From IMG/VR virus record IMGVR_UViG_3300025770_000656: a DNA stretch of 64,000 bases; one strand, written 5' to 3'. A program made the position numbers and the translations under genes. Shown here piece by piece: positions 10,351-19,231 of this stretch. This DNA comes from a virus. The notes beneath the pieces were generated by a model. That model did not search any database. It was not told the origin of the DNA and saw nothing but the letters and a program-made list of their open reading frames with translations. The first letter of the stretch is position 1. The number at the start of each line of letters is the position of its first letter.

Positions 10351-10427
10351 TCACTCTTCTCCTGTACAATGGTTATTGTTATTTAACGAATAATTCTTAA
10401 TAAATACATTGTAAACAGGCATAAACT

Positions 10428-10685
10428 ATGAAAAAACGAACTCGCAGCATATTACAAGAGCTAACTAACGTAGCTACCCATAGAGATAAGAAGCATCTTA
10501 TAGAGTCACGTGGCGAGGCAATGATCGAAAATGCTATCTATATTATTGAACAAATACATAATGCATACGATGCTGAAACAGCAGGGGATTTGGAGCGTAG
10601 ACTAATTAATAGCATACGTAATCGAGACACCAAACGTTTTAAGGTCGGAATTAAACGAGCAGGGTTAAATGAAAATAAAAAGTAA
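10428..10685 (+). CDS. Hypothetical late protein
   Basis: 85 aa ORF after ATAAATA at about 10400. Confidence 0.65.
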   Translation: MKKRTRSILQELTNVATHRDKKHLIESRGEAMIENAIYIIEQIHNAYDAETAGDLERRLINSIRNRDTKRFKVGIKRAGLNENKK

Positions 10686-10702
10686 AACAAGGCATAGTTA
10701 AT

Positions 10703-11473
10703 ATGACACCTAGAATATTATCAGAGGGCGGCAATATCTTTAAAGACGAAGATGGAAACCCTGTAACACAACGTATTAACCAAGCAGACGTAGACCCCAC
10801 ACTAGCCTGGGTTGAGGCTATTACTGGCATACCACATAAAGATTTTAAATTAGGGTCAACTGGAATTCGCTCTACATCAGGTGATATGGATATTGCTGTT
10901 AACCAAAATGAGGTTGATAAGGCTGACTTATATAACAAGATAGCTGCCTGGGCACAGAAAAACCACCCAGAAGACAATGTCAGACAGTGGGTTGCTAAGT
11001 CAGGTATTAGTGTTCATCTTAAAACTCCTATTAACGGCGATCCCAATCAGGGATATGTACAAACAGATCTGATGTTTGGTGATCCTGAATGGATGAAGTT
11101 TACAATGAAGGGTGCTGGTGATGACACACCATTTAAAGGAATGCACCGTGCTATCCTAATGGCATCTGTAGCTAAAGCACTGGGAATGAAGTGGTCTCCT
11201 AAAGACGGATTAATTAATAGAGAAACAAATGAAGTATTGTCCAGGGATCCTGATCAAATTGCAGAGATGTTACTTGGGAAAGGCGCTAGCCGCGGTGACC
11301 TAGATAGTGTTGAGTCAATGATTGCTAAACTCAAGGGTAGACCAGACTATCAAGCAGTGACAGCAGATGCAAGAGAAGCATTTGCAAGAGAGAAGTTAAC
11401 ACTTCCAGAATCAGTTTATACACAAGTAGGCACCACTGAGTGGTTTAGGCAACTATCAGAGAAATTAAAATGA
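10703..11473 (+). CDS. Putative pol-beta-superfamily nucleotidyltransferase
   Basis: GSTG...SGDMDIAV (hG[S]x..DxD) plus distal QTDLM acidic residue. Confidence 0.55.
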   Translation: MTPRILSEGGNIFKDEDGNPVTQRINQADVDPTLAWVEAITGIPHKDFKLGSTGIRSTSGDMDIAVNQNEVDKADLYNKIAAWAQKNHPEDNVRQWVAKSGISVHLKTPINGDPNQGYVQTDLMFGDPEWMKFTMKGAGDDTPFKGMHRAILMASVAKALGMKWSPKDGLINRETNEVLSRDPDQIAEMLLGKGASRGDLDSVESMIAKLKGRPDYQAVTADAREAFAREKLTLPESVYTQVGTTEWFRQLSEKLK

Positions 11474-12609
11474 GACTCAGGGAATTTTCCGTACCTCAAC
11501 GCAAGCCACTAAGCGAAGCCGCACGTATCCAACACGCAGAAGATATTGTCTTCTGGGAAGGTAGCAAGGGTGCTATTAGAGCATTACAAAGTCTACGCAA
11601 CCTGGATCAAGGCGGACATAGTGAAGTTACTATTAAATGGGATGGTTCACCTGCCATTATTTTCGGCCGTGACGCTAACGGTGAGTTTATACTAACAGAT
11701 AAGTCAGGGTTTACTGCTAAAGGATATGATGGGCGCAGCAAGAGTGCCTCGGACCTAGAGCAAATGTTCCTAAACAGATCCGGTGGTAAGAATAGAGAAA
11801 ACCCTGGGTATGTTAAGTTTGCAAGTAGTATGAAATATATCTTTGATGAATATGAAAGAGCAACACCCGCTGACTATGTGGGATTTTTTAAAGGTGACTT
11901 ACTATACTTTAATACCCCACCGATCAAAGGTAAGAACTATGTGTTCAAGCCCAATGTCGTTGAGTATGCAGTAGATGTAACCAGTGATTTAGGCAAGAGA
12001 ATTGGTGCCAGTAAGACTGGCGTGGTTATTCACAGACAAGTACAGCCAGACGGAACAGAAACCCCACTACAGGATCCTGATATCTTTTTGGGTAACGATG
12101 TTCTTGTTGTACCTCCTATAACTGCTGAACGGGCACCACAGGTACCCCATGCCATGTTAGACCGCCTAGAGAAAGTTATTAAAAAAGATGCGGCGGCTAT
12201 TGACAGCCTATTGGACCAGAATAAATTACGTCAACAACAGATGACTGACTTTTCCAGTGTTCTTTACACCTATACTAATAGTAAAGTGGACTCGGGTCTA
12301 CAAGGACTAGGTTCAGACTTTGCCAAATGGTTGGAAACTTCTAAAGTAAGCGATAAAAAGAAAGCTAAGATTGCTGAATATATTACTAGTAATCAGACTG
12401 GATGGATTGCACTATGGGAAACAGTAAATACTATTATGCAAGCCAAAGATCAGGTTATTGCTGATATTGACGCCCAAGGCGGCACAGTTCAACAGAGTAT
12501 TGGTGGACAAGCAGGTGGTGAAGGATATGTATTAGCACACCCAGAGGGTGACATAAAACTAGTGCCAAGATCTACATTTAGTGCAGCCAACCGTGCAGTT
12601 AAACGATAA
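11470..12609 (+). CDS. DUF6267-like protein with RNA/DNA-ligase-type nucleotidyltransferase motifs
   Basis: TIKWDG (motif I KxDG), FKGDLLY (motif III-like), GEGYVL (motif IV), IKLVPR (motif V-like). Confidence 0.55.
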   Translation: MRLREFSVPQRKPLSEAARIQHAEDIVFWEGSKGAIRALQSLRNLDQGGHSEVTIKWDGSPAIIFGRDANGEFILTDKSGFTAKGYDGRSKSASDLEQMFLNRSGGKNRENPGYVKFASSMKYIFDEYERATPADYVGFFKGDLLYFNTPPIKGKNYVFKPNVVEYAVDVTSDLGKRIGASKTGVVIHRQVQPDGTETPLQDPDIFLGNDVLVVPPITAERAPQVPHAMLDRLEKVIKKDAAAIDSLLDQNKLRQQQMTDFSSVLYTYTNSKVDSGLQGLGSDFAKWLETSKVSDKKKAKIAEYITSNQTGWIALWETVNTIMQAKDQVIADIDAQGGTVQQSIGGQAGGEGYVLAHPEGDIKLVPRSTFSAANRAVKR

Positions 12610-12636
12610 GTATTTAGAGAACAAGGACTTGAGAAG

Positions 12637-13362
12637 ATGAAAATTAGTGAAGTAACACAGAAGTCACACAGTGAACAATTATCTGAAGACAGAAGCAAAC
12701 TGGATGAGGCTTTTTGGGTGCCATTCACCGCGGCAGCAGGTGCAGGATTAAGTTATGCAGACTTGGGATCAAGATTTGGCTGGAAACCATGGGAATGGAC
12801 AAAAGCTCAATGGAAAACGGCCGGCGCAGAAATTGCGGCAGATGCTGCACTAGGAGCAACTGGCGTGGGACTTCTAAGTGTTGCAAACAAAGCTCGTAAA
12901 GTAGGAAAGAGAGCCTTTGCGGCCAGCCGTGCCGCAAAGGCACAAAAAAAGGCTGATAAGGCCATGGACAAGGCAACAGATCCAAATGTACAACTATCTC
13001 CTAGAAAACAAGCCAAACTAACCAGAAAAGCTGCTGATTTAGAATATGATGCTAAAGCCGCTAAAGATGCTGCAGACGCGGCTAGGGTTAATAACCTGCC
13101 AACTTCTACTGGAGAAAAAGCATGGAACACTGCGAAAAAAATACCTGCGGCATATGGCTTGGGTGCCGCGGGAAACAAAGCTTCGAAGCTGGCTACGGAC
13201 CAACCTTTGGTTAGTCCAGGGGACGTGGGCTCGGCCTTGGGCCTCGACGATGCAGGCGAAGCCAACGATGCAGACAAAACATTTAAACTTGACAGATCTA
13301 GATCTAAAGGTGGAGGCTTTGAGAAACTTAGGATGCCATCCAAAGGACGTCCTCTAGGATAA
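12637..13362 (+). CDS. Ala/Lys-rich probable internal head protein
   Basis: MKISEV...LSE...LDE leader and low-complexity Ala/Lys content. Confidence 0.55.
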   Translation: MKISEVTQKSHSEQLSEDRSKLDEAFWVPFTAAAGAGLSYADLGSRFGWKPWEWTKAQWKTAGAEIAADAALGATGVGLLSVANKARKVGKRAFAASRAAKAQKKADKAMDKATDPNVQLSPRKQAKLTRKAADLEYDAKAAKDAADAARVNNLPTSTGEKAWNTAKKIPAAYGLGAAGNKASKLATDQPLVSPGDVGSALGLDDAGEANDADKTFKLDRSRSKGGGFEKLRMPSKGRPLG

Positions 13363-13371
13363 GTGTAAGCA

Positions 13372-14049
13372 ATGTATGAATTCTTAACACAAGAGCTAAC
13401 AGAAGCAAGGTATATTAGGAATGTTCGTGACACTGTGGGGCGTACAGCAGACGGTATTGCTGAAGGATTCTACGAACACCTGCTAGTACTACAGCAAATG
13501 CGTTATGAAAATCCCAGTTGGGCAAGAAAATATGCTAAAGATACCATGCGTTTTATGAGTTTTAACAATATACGTACTGGCGGCACAGATTTACACAATC
13601 TAGCTTCTATACTTAATAATCCTAGTAAGTTTTCTGATAAAGTAGGTAGCAGTAATTTAAGATTTGATGAGCTAGGGTTTAAACGTTATCTACGTAACAT
13701 TGTAGATGGTCGTCACATGCCTGGCCAAGACCGCGCTTTTTTACTTAAAATGCAAAAGAATTTAAGTATTAACAACGGGTTGCTTAAACAGGCAAGGCGT
13801 TTAATGGCTGACTACGGCACAACCAGTAACAGCGAACGTGCCAGTGTTAGTAGCCGCATGGTTAATAGTTTCCGCAACGATAACCAGTATAAAAGCGATA
13901 TGTACCGTCCTTATGCAGGTACAATTAAAAACAACAAGGTAATGCCAACTACAAAAAAAGCTGGTCTAGGTATAGCGGCAAAAACTGCTATAGGCACAAT
14001 AGGTGGCTTTGGCATAGGCTATGCCATTGGTAAAGGCGCAACTAAATAA
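13372..14049 (+). CDS. Probable internal head protein
   Basis: MYEFLTQELTEA leader; C-terminal Gly-rich hydrophobic segment. Confidence 0.55.
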   Translation: MYEFLTQELTEARYIRNVRDTVGRTADGIAEGFYEHLLVLQQMRYENPSWARKYAKDTMRFMSFNNIRTGGTDLHNLASILNNPSKFSDKVGSSNLRFDELGFKRYLRNIVDGRHMPGQDRAFLLKMQKNLSINNGLLKQARRLMADYGTTSNSERASVSSRMVNSFRNDNQYKSDMYRPYAGTIKNNKVMPTTKKAGLGIAAKTAIGTIGGFGIGYAIGKGATK

Positions 14050-14112
14050 TCCTTTCTCTGATAAATAATTACAAGCTCGTTAAACACGGGCAGTATTTAT
14101 GGAGAAAGAAAA

Positions 14113-14520
14113 ATGGCAAGTATTACACGTACCCATGGTAACGCTCTAGGACAAGGAACACCAGCAACAGGTAGTAACATTACCGCTGATGAACTAGTTA
14201 TCTTAAACGGCGTTGCAATGGACTTTTTCAAGATTATCCAGCAAGACGTTTCAGGCGATGTCAACGACATCCGCAATGAACTAGAAACTGGCGAATCAGT
14301 AGAAGCAATGCTTCGTGAAGTTGCAACAAAAGCAAATATAGAAATGTATCAAGTAGAGGCAGACACAACTGGACAAATTTCAGTTGCAGTTTACCCTGCA
14401 GGTGCATGGACAACAGCAACACTACAAACTGCTCTTCGTGCATTAGGCACATCAGTTGGTGGGAACACCGTGGACGTAAGTGGTACAACAGTTACCTCAA
14501 GCGGCCTCGAGTTTGTTTAA
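14113..14520 (+). CDS. Small virion structural protein (paralogue 1)
   Basis: Late promoter at 14061, strong SD, MASITRTHG start, composition typical of structural proteins. Confidence 0.6.
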   Translation: MASITRTHGNALGQGTPATGSNITADELVILNGVAMDFFKIIQQDVSGDVNDIRNELETGESVEAMLREVATKANIEMYQVEADTTGQISVAVYPAGAWTTATLQTALRALGTSVGGNTVDVSGTTVTSSGLEFV

Positions 14521-14538
14521 TAGATAAGGAATAGTATT

Positions 14539-14847
14539 ATGGCAGGCGTAACAGAAGGTGTTCGTAACTCTAATGTTTTCTCAGCAATGGGAAAGGATCT
14601 AGCGGTCACCAAACTAGCAAAAAGTAACATGACACAGGATGAGCTAGATGCAGCAATTGATTTTATTCAATTAACTACAACAGTAGTTGGCATCGCAGAC
14701 GATACAACCGGCGGATTTAACGCTGGTGCATCTGATAATATTCACATCCTAACAGAAGGCGGAGTGGCTCCAGCAGCCGGATCCGACTTTGGTGTTGGTT
14801 CAACAGGAATTACATCTTCAGTCGTAGCATATTTTGCTACGGAATAG
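14539..14847 (+). CDS. Small virion structural protein (paralogue 2)
   Basis: MAGVT start, similar size and composition to its neighbours. Confidence 0.55.
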   Translation: MAGVTEGVRNSNVFSAMGKDLAVTKLAKSNMTQDELDAAIDFIQLTTTVVGIADDTTGGFNAGASDNIHILTEGGVAPAAGSDFGVGSTGITSSVVAYFATE

Positions 14848-14874
14848 ATGAATAATTAATAAAGGAGTAGAGAT

Positions 14875-15261
14875 ATGCCCGGAGTAACAAGAGCACATCC
14901 CCCAGTCGCTAACATAATTGGTGAACACCGTTTTGTTGGTAAAGACATCACAATGTTGATGGTGGACTTTAATGTCGACGCAGACGGATCATTCATTGCA
15001 ATGAACTCTGCACTAAACGCAATCAGCCGTTATGGAAATATCCTAATTGCTGGCGCAGTTTACGGCACAGGACAGCAAATTGACGTAATTATCGAAGGTA
15101 CAAATGGCGGCAGTGACTATGTTTCCGAAGACGGAACAGTAACTGGCACATTGGAGCAGGCTTTAGAAGAAGATCTTATAAATCTTGGAACCATCGATGG
15201 TGTTAACTTTGCAACCGGTACACCAGCAGTTACAACTAAGACAGCATTTAAACTGGCTTAA
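14875..15261 (+). CDS. Small virion structural protein (paralogue 3)
   Basis: MPGVTRAH start, SD AAGGAG. Confidence 0.55.
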   Translation: MPGVTRAHPPVANIIGEHRFVGKDITMLMVDFNVDADGSFIAMNSALNAISRYGNILIAGAVYGTGQQIDVIIEGTNGGSDYVSEDGTVTGTLEQALEEDLINLGTIDGVNFATGTPAVTTKTAFKLA

Positions 15262-15280
15262 TTTAACTACACACTACAGA

Positions 15281-15311
15281 AAAAGCGGTGTAGAAATACA
15301 CCGCTTTTTTT
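15281..15311 (+). terminator. Rho-independent terminator
   Basis: aaaagcggtgta-gaaa-tacaccgctttt hairpin with T-tract. Confidence 0.9.
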
Positions 15312-15331
15312 ATCAGTTAAATACATACATA

Positions 15332-15742
15332 ATGAAACATTGCAGAGCATTGTATCAGAATCTTCCAGGTATACACTCAGTAGATTTAGATAAACTTAGT
15401 CCTATGAGCTACCACGATGACGAACGTTGGCGAACTAGAGACTTGCCCATGATAGAACGTGATGGGCTATGGTATCCCTTCTTGTACTACAAGGTTACAT
15501 TAGAGTGGTGGAATGGTGGATTTGAAGAGATTAAAGGTGCATATTCCAGCTGGGAAATGATTAACCCTCCAGTTGTATGTGAAGATGGGTTTATATGGGC
15601 GTTAAAAATGGGAACAAATCGGTTGATTGCACTAAAGCATCTGTGCTATACTAGTGTTGATGCAATCTATTTTGAACATCCTAATGATTTAATAAAAACA
15701 GGGATATACCTGAGGGAAGAGGATCCCCTACACAATGAATGA
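15332..15742 (+). CDS. ParB/Srx-like domain protein
   Basis: ATG at 15332 after TAAATA; GLWYPF...MGTNRLIAL..L pattern. The upstream extension in the ORF track crosses the terminator. Confidence 0.45.
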   Translation: MKHCRALYQNLPGIHSVDLDKLSPMSYHDDERWRTRDLPMIERDGLWYPFLYYKVTLEWWNGGFEEIKGAYSSWEMINPPVVCEDGFIWALKMGTNRLIALKHLCYTSVDAIYFEHPNDLIKTGIYLREEDPLHNE

Positions 15743-16199
15743 TTTTGCAGAAGTATGGCACTTATTGACACTGGTAGATATTACACAAACAGGTGTTAAC
15801 AGAGGCACTGGGAAAGAACGTAATCAACAACGTAACTTTGACACTGTTCAGCAAGTTATAGGTATGTTAACACAGTGTTGGTCTATTAAAGAGCCTGTAG
15901 TAGGAAACTGGGGTCAACTACATACTAAGTTTAAACAAGTTGGAGTAGTGTTTGGGGTTCAGCATGATTTTACCCAAGAAACATTTTCAAACTTAAACGT
16001 ATGGACATGGCGTTTTGGCATAGAAAAAGATGGTGTATTTGACCAGGATAAAAAATACGACGGAAAAAATTTACTTAAATTATTTGATAATGTGCCTATC
16101 GTGACTCATTTAAACGATAATGCTGTACTAGAGCCTCCTGTGTTTACAACAGACCCTGAACTACAAAATGTGCTATTAATATGTGAGAACAGACTGTAG
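15735..16199 (+). CDS. Hypothetical phage protein
   Basis: 154 aa ORF overlapping the previous stop. Confidence 0.65.
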   Translation: MNDFAEVWHLLTLVDITQTGVNRGTGKERNQQRNFDTVQQVIGMLTQCWSIKEPVVGNWGQLHTKFKQVGVVFGVQHDFTQETFSNLNVWTWRFGIEKDGVFDQDKKYDGKNLLKLFDNVPIVTHLNDNAVLEPPVFTTDPELQNVLLICENRL

Positions 16200-16309
16200 A
16201 TAAATATTGTTGATAATTGATGCATATTATATAGGCACATATAGGCAAAATTAGAGGCACACAAAGGCACCGAATCAAGCATCACCCAAAGGTAGGTGAG
16301 ACCGGAAAC

Positions 16310-16564
16310 ATGTCGACAAAAGACATTGAAAAAGAAAATTTAGAAGCACACGTAGAGCTGTGCTCTGAAAGATATAAACAATTGCACGATAAACTCGATG
16401 CGATCAATTCCCGTCTTGATAAGAATGAGTCAACTCTGGTTGAGATCCATAAGGCCGTTACTAACAATGAAAGTAACCGTAACAAGCAAATACTAGCTTG
16501 GGGCGGCGGAATCATTGCGAGCCTTGTCGCAGCAGTTGGTTATCTAATTGTTCAACAGTTATAA
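16310..16564 (+). CDS. Coiled-coil protein with C-terminal TM helix (holin/XhlA-like)
   Basis: Heptad-rich N-terminus plus ILAWGGGIIASLVAAVGYLIV. Confidence 0.55.
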   Translation: MSTKDIEKENLEAHVELCSERYKQLHDKLDAINSRLDKNESTLVEIHKAVTNNESNRNKQILAWGGGIIASLVAAVGYLIVQQL

Positions 16565-16582
16565 ACCTAGCTAAATACATAC

Positions 16583-16852
16583 ATGTTAATAAACGAAGTA
16601 ACTGAAGGCTTGGCCTGGGCTAAGAGTGGCAATAAAGTCGTTCGTAAGTTCAGATGTACAAGCGGCAGACGCAAAGGACGTATTGTTGCAAAACCTGCAC
16701 AATGCTTTGCGGCGCCAGATATGAAGAAGCGTATTAAATTAAAGATGACAAAAATGCGTAAAGGAAGTCTTATGGCACGTAAAGCTAAGAAATCCAAACG
16801 TGTTAACCCTGCAAGCAGACGTGTAGCGGCATTGAATAAGGCAAGCAGATGA
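16583..16852 (+). CDS. Basic probable head protein
   Basis: MLINEVTEG leader, Lys/Arg-rich, late promoter upstream. Confidence 0.6.
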   Translation: MLINEVTEGLAWAKSGNKVVRKFRCTSGRRKGRIVAKPAQCFAAPDMKKRIKLKMTKMRKGSLMARKAKKSKRVNPASRRVAALNKASR

Positions 16853-17589
16853 GAATTAAAGAAATATTAGAAGGAAAAAGCCCGCACCCCAAGGGCAGTA
16901 AAAAGTACAAAGCACACATGGCCGCAATGCATGCTAGTGCGGATCCAAAGGGTAAGATGATTAAAGAAGTTGTACTTGATGAATGGACAGTAAGTGATGT
17001 TGAAATTGCCATGAAGAAGAAATATGGTAAGATTGACAAAGAGGCAATAGAGAAATTGAAGAAAGTCCAATATAAAGGTAATGTTGACAGGAATGATCTT
17101 GTTAAAGTTGGACACGGCAAGTTGCATGTAGAATCCGTTGAACTTGATGAAGCAAAAGAATATGAAATAAAAAATGGTAAGATTCATATATCAAAAGCAA
17201 ACTTTCGTAAAGTTCATAAAGACTATAAAAATTCCACAAAAGGCAAAGAGCGCATGATAGCACTTGATCCTAAATCTGGTGCAACCACATCCTATGAAGT
17301 TGTTTTTGAAGAAGGAAAAAGGCCGCACAAGATGATTGAAGGTGAGACCTTCCAATTAGACGAAGCACAATATTACATCTGGCAGATAGACGGAAACAGC
17401 GCCTTGGTCAGCGCAGTGGGCCCGGACGGACAGCCAGCACCAAAAGATCAGGCTAGACGCATTAACATAGGACAAAAAGTACTAGATATGAGCTCTGGCA
17501 TGCCTACTCTGAGAGACAAGATTCAGATGGTGGCTATAGATAATCAATTAACGGGACAGATGGTAGACATCCAAGGGCGTGTACGATAA
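16849..17589 (+). CDS. Modular probable internal head protein
   Basis: MRIKEILEG leader; internal VVLDE, ESVELDE and FQLDE junctions. Confidence 0.6.
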   Translation: MRIKEILEGKSPHPKGSKKYKAHMAAMHASADPKGKMIKEVVLDEWTVSDVEIAMKKKYGKIDKEAIEKLKKVQYKGNVDRNDLVKVGHGKLHVESVELDEAKEYEIKNGKIHISKANFRKVHKDYKNSTKGKERMIALDPKSGATTSYEVVFEEGKRPHKMIEGETFQLDEAQYYIWQIDGNSALVSAVGPDGQPAPKDQARRINIGQKVLDMSSGMPTLRDKIQMVAIDNQLTGQMVDIQGRVR

Positions 17590-17819
17590 TGCGTGTTGTC
17601 GAGTTTACCAACAGCCATAACGTAGTTATTACTAATGAAGAACAAGATATACTACAACAAGTTATTAATGACGGTAGTATAGAGAAGAAGAAGTTTTCAG
17701 AAAGAGATGCACAAATTGCAAATCAATTAGTTAATAAAGATCTATTGCTTAGAAAGAAAATCAATGACCAGATCACATATAGCCCACAGCCTAGAACAAA
17801 AAATATCACAGTTAGTTAA
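17589..17819 (+). CDS. Hypothetical protein
   Basis: TAATG-coupled 76 aa ORF. Confidence 0.6.
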   Translation: MRVVEFTNSHNVVITNEEQDILQQVINDGSIEKKKFSERDAQIANQLVNKDLLLRKKINDQITYSPQPRTKNITVS

Positions 17820-18189
17820 GTCTAACAATACTATAAAAATTCTTAAAAAGGACAATGCAGTCTTTGTTAATGATGAAACTGTAGTTTCTCAGTATGGGCT
17901 TCATGTAGTTAAAAATCATAACCCAGTGTTTCTTGTTAAGAAATCAGCAGTTGCATACGCTATATGTATAGCAACTAAAGATGATTCACTGGCAAAAACT
18001 ATTGTACAGTTAGATCATACGTATAGGAAGCTAACTGAAGACGCATTGCGCTATTCGTATACTATGAAAAACGCAAGTAACCAAATTTCGCAAGAAACTG
18101 CGGCTAATAGGCTGTCAGCAATAAAACCTCGTTTGTCTAATGTTAGAGATGAGCTGACACAAACTTTAAAATCAATTAAAATAGCATAA
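17764..18189 (+). CDS. Hypothetical protein
   Basis: 141 aa ORF in a tightly packed operon. Confidence 0.55.
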   Translation: MTRSHIAHSLEQKISQLVKSNNTIKILKKDNAVFVNDETVVSQYGLHVVKNHNPVFLVKKSAVAYAICIATKDDSLAKTIVQLDHTYRKLTEDALRYSYTMKNASNQISQETAANRLSAIKPRLSNVRDELTQTLKSIKIA

Positions 18190-18214
18190 ATATAACAAAG
18201 CTAAGGAAGAAACA

Positions 18215-19231
18215 ATGTACCTAGATGATTTAATCCCAGCCCCAACTAGTAGCAAAGTTGCTACTGTAGCGAACAAAGTTTTTGGCTACACACTAGATTT
18301 GGAGAGCTTGACCCCAGAAAAAGCAAAGAAACTACAAGAATCTTTTACCAATCGCATTTCTCATCTTGATAAAAAGATGGGTACAAAAGCCGCTGGAAAC
18401 AAGATTTACTTGGAAAGTAAGTTATTTTTGGAAGCAATAGACAAGTTTATTGCTGAAAATGAAGTAGATGATGATGCAATGCGTGAGTTAGAATTGTATT
18501 CAGAAAATGATGGCGATCTTTACAGACAGAGTTATGTTCCTATTGCAAAGAACCTAAGCAAGAAGTTTAAGAAGGGTAACTACGACAGTGAGCTAGCCCA
18601 GAAACTTTGGAAGTATCATGCAGACAGGGCCGCACAAAAGTATGGCATGGACCACGCTGGTGGTGCAAAAGATGGACTACGCATGTTTAGTCCTGATACA
18701 CGTAGAGCATTAGCTGCTTCATTAGAAGATGCATGGCACCAAGAAATGCAAGCGGGTAATTTCATGGAATCAAATGTAAATGAAAGTGTTATTACTGAAG
18801 GCGAACTGGAAAATGCAGAACTAGTTTTAGCAGCTAAAGACATGGTAGACAAAATCCAAGGCATGGTTGAAGATCTAGGCGAAATACAAAACGAACAACT
18901 GGGACCACTTACAGATGCAATCCGCGACGAAATGGGTACAGACGTTGCAGACCAATTTAAAGGTGCTATGGAGTCAGTTATTGTAAACGCACTAGAAGGA
19001 ATGAGACAGTCACGTGATGCTGCAGAGCAAAGCAGTAGGATTTTACAAGGCGAGATGCCAGCACCAATGATGGGTGACGAGCCAGCCATGGACGATCCAA
19101 TGAGTCCAGAAGACCCAGCAATGGAACCAACCATGGACATGGACATGGAACAGCCTACTGAAGAGGATTTTGCAGCTGCCGACGCCGCTCAAGCAGGTGA
19201 TGAAGAACTAGGCAGAGAGCGTCGTGAATAG
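18215..19231 (+). CDS. Probable prohead core/scaffold-type protein
   Basis: Acidic helical protein, VITEGELE motif, Met/Pro/Asp-rich tail, late promoter. Confidence 0.5.
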   Translation: MYLDDLIPAPTSSKVATVANKVFGYTLDLESLTPEKAKKLQESFTNRISHLDKKMGTKAAGNKIYLESKLFLEAIDKFIAENEVDDDAMRELELYSENDGDLYRQSYVPIAKNLSKKFKKGNYDSELAQKLWKYHADRAAQKYGMDHAGGAKDGLRMFSPDTRRALAASLEDAWHQEMQAGNFMESNVNESVITEGELENAELVLAAKDMVDKIQGMVEDLGEIQNEQLGPLTDAIRDEMGTDVADQFKGAMESVIVNALEGMRQSRDAAEQSSRILQGEMPAPMMGDEPAMDDPMSPEDPAMEPTMDMDMEQPTEEDFAAADAAQAGDEELGRERRE

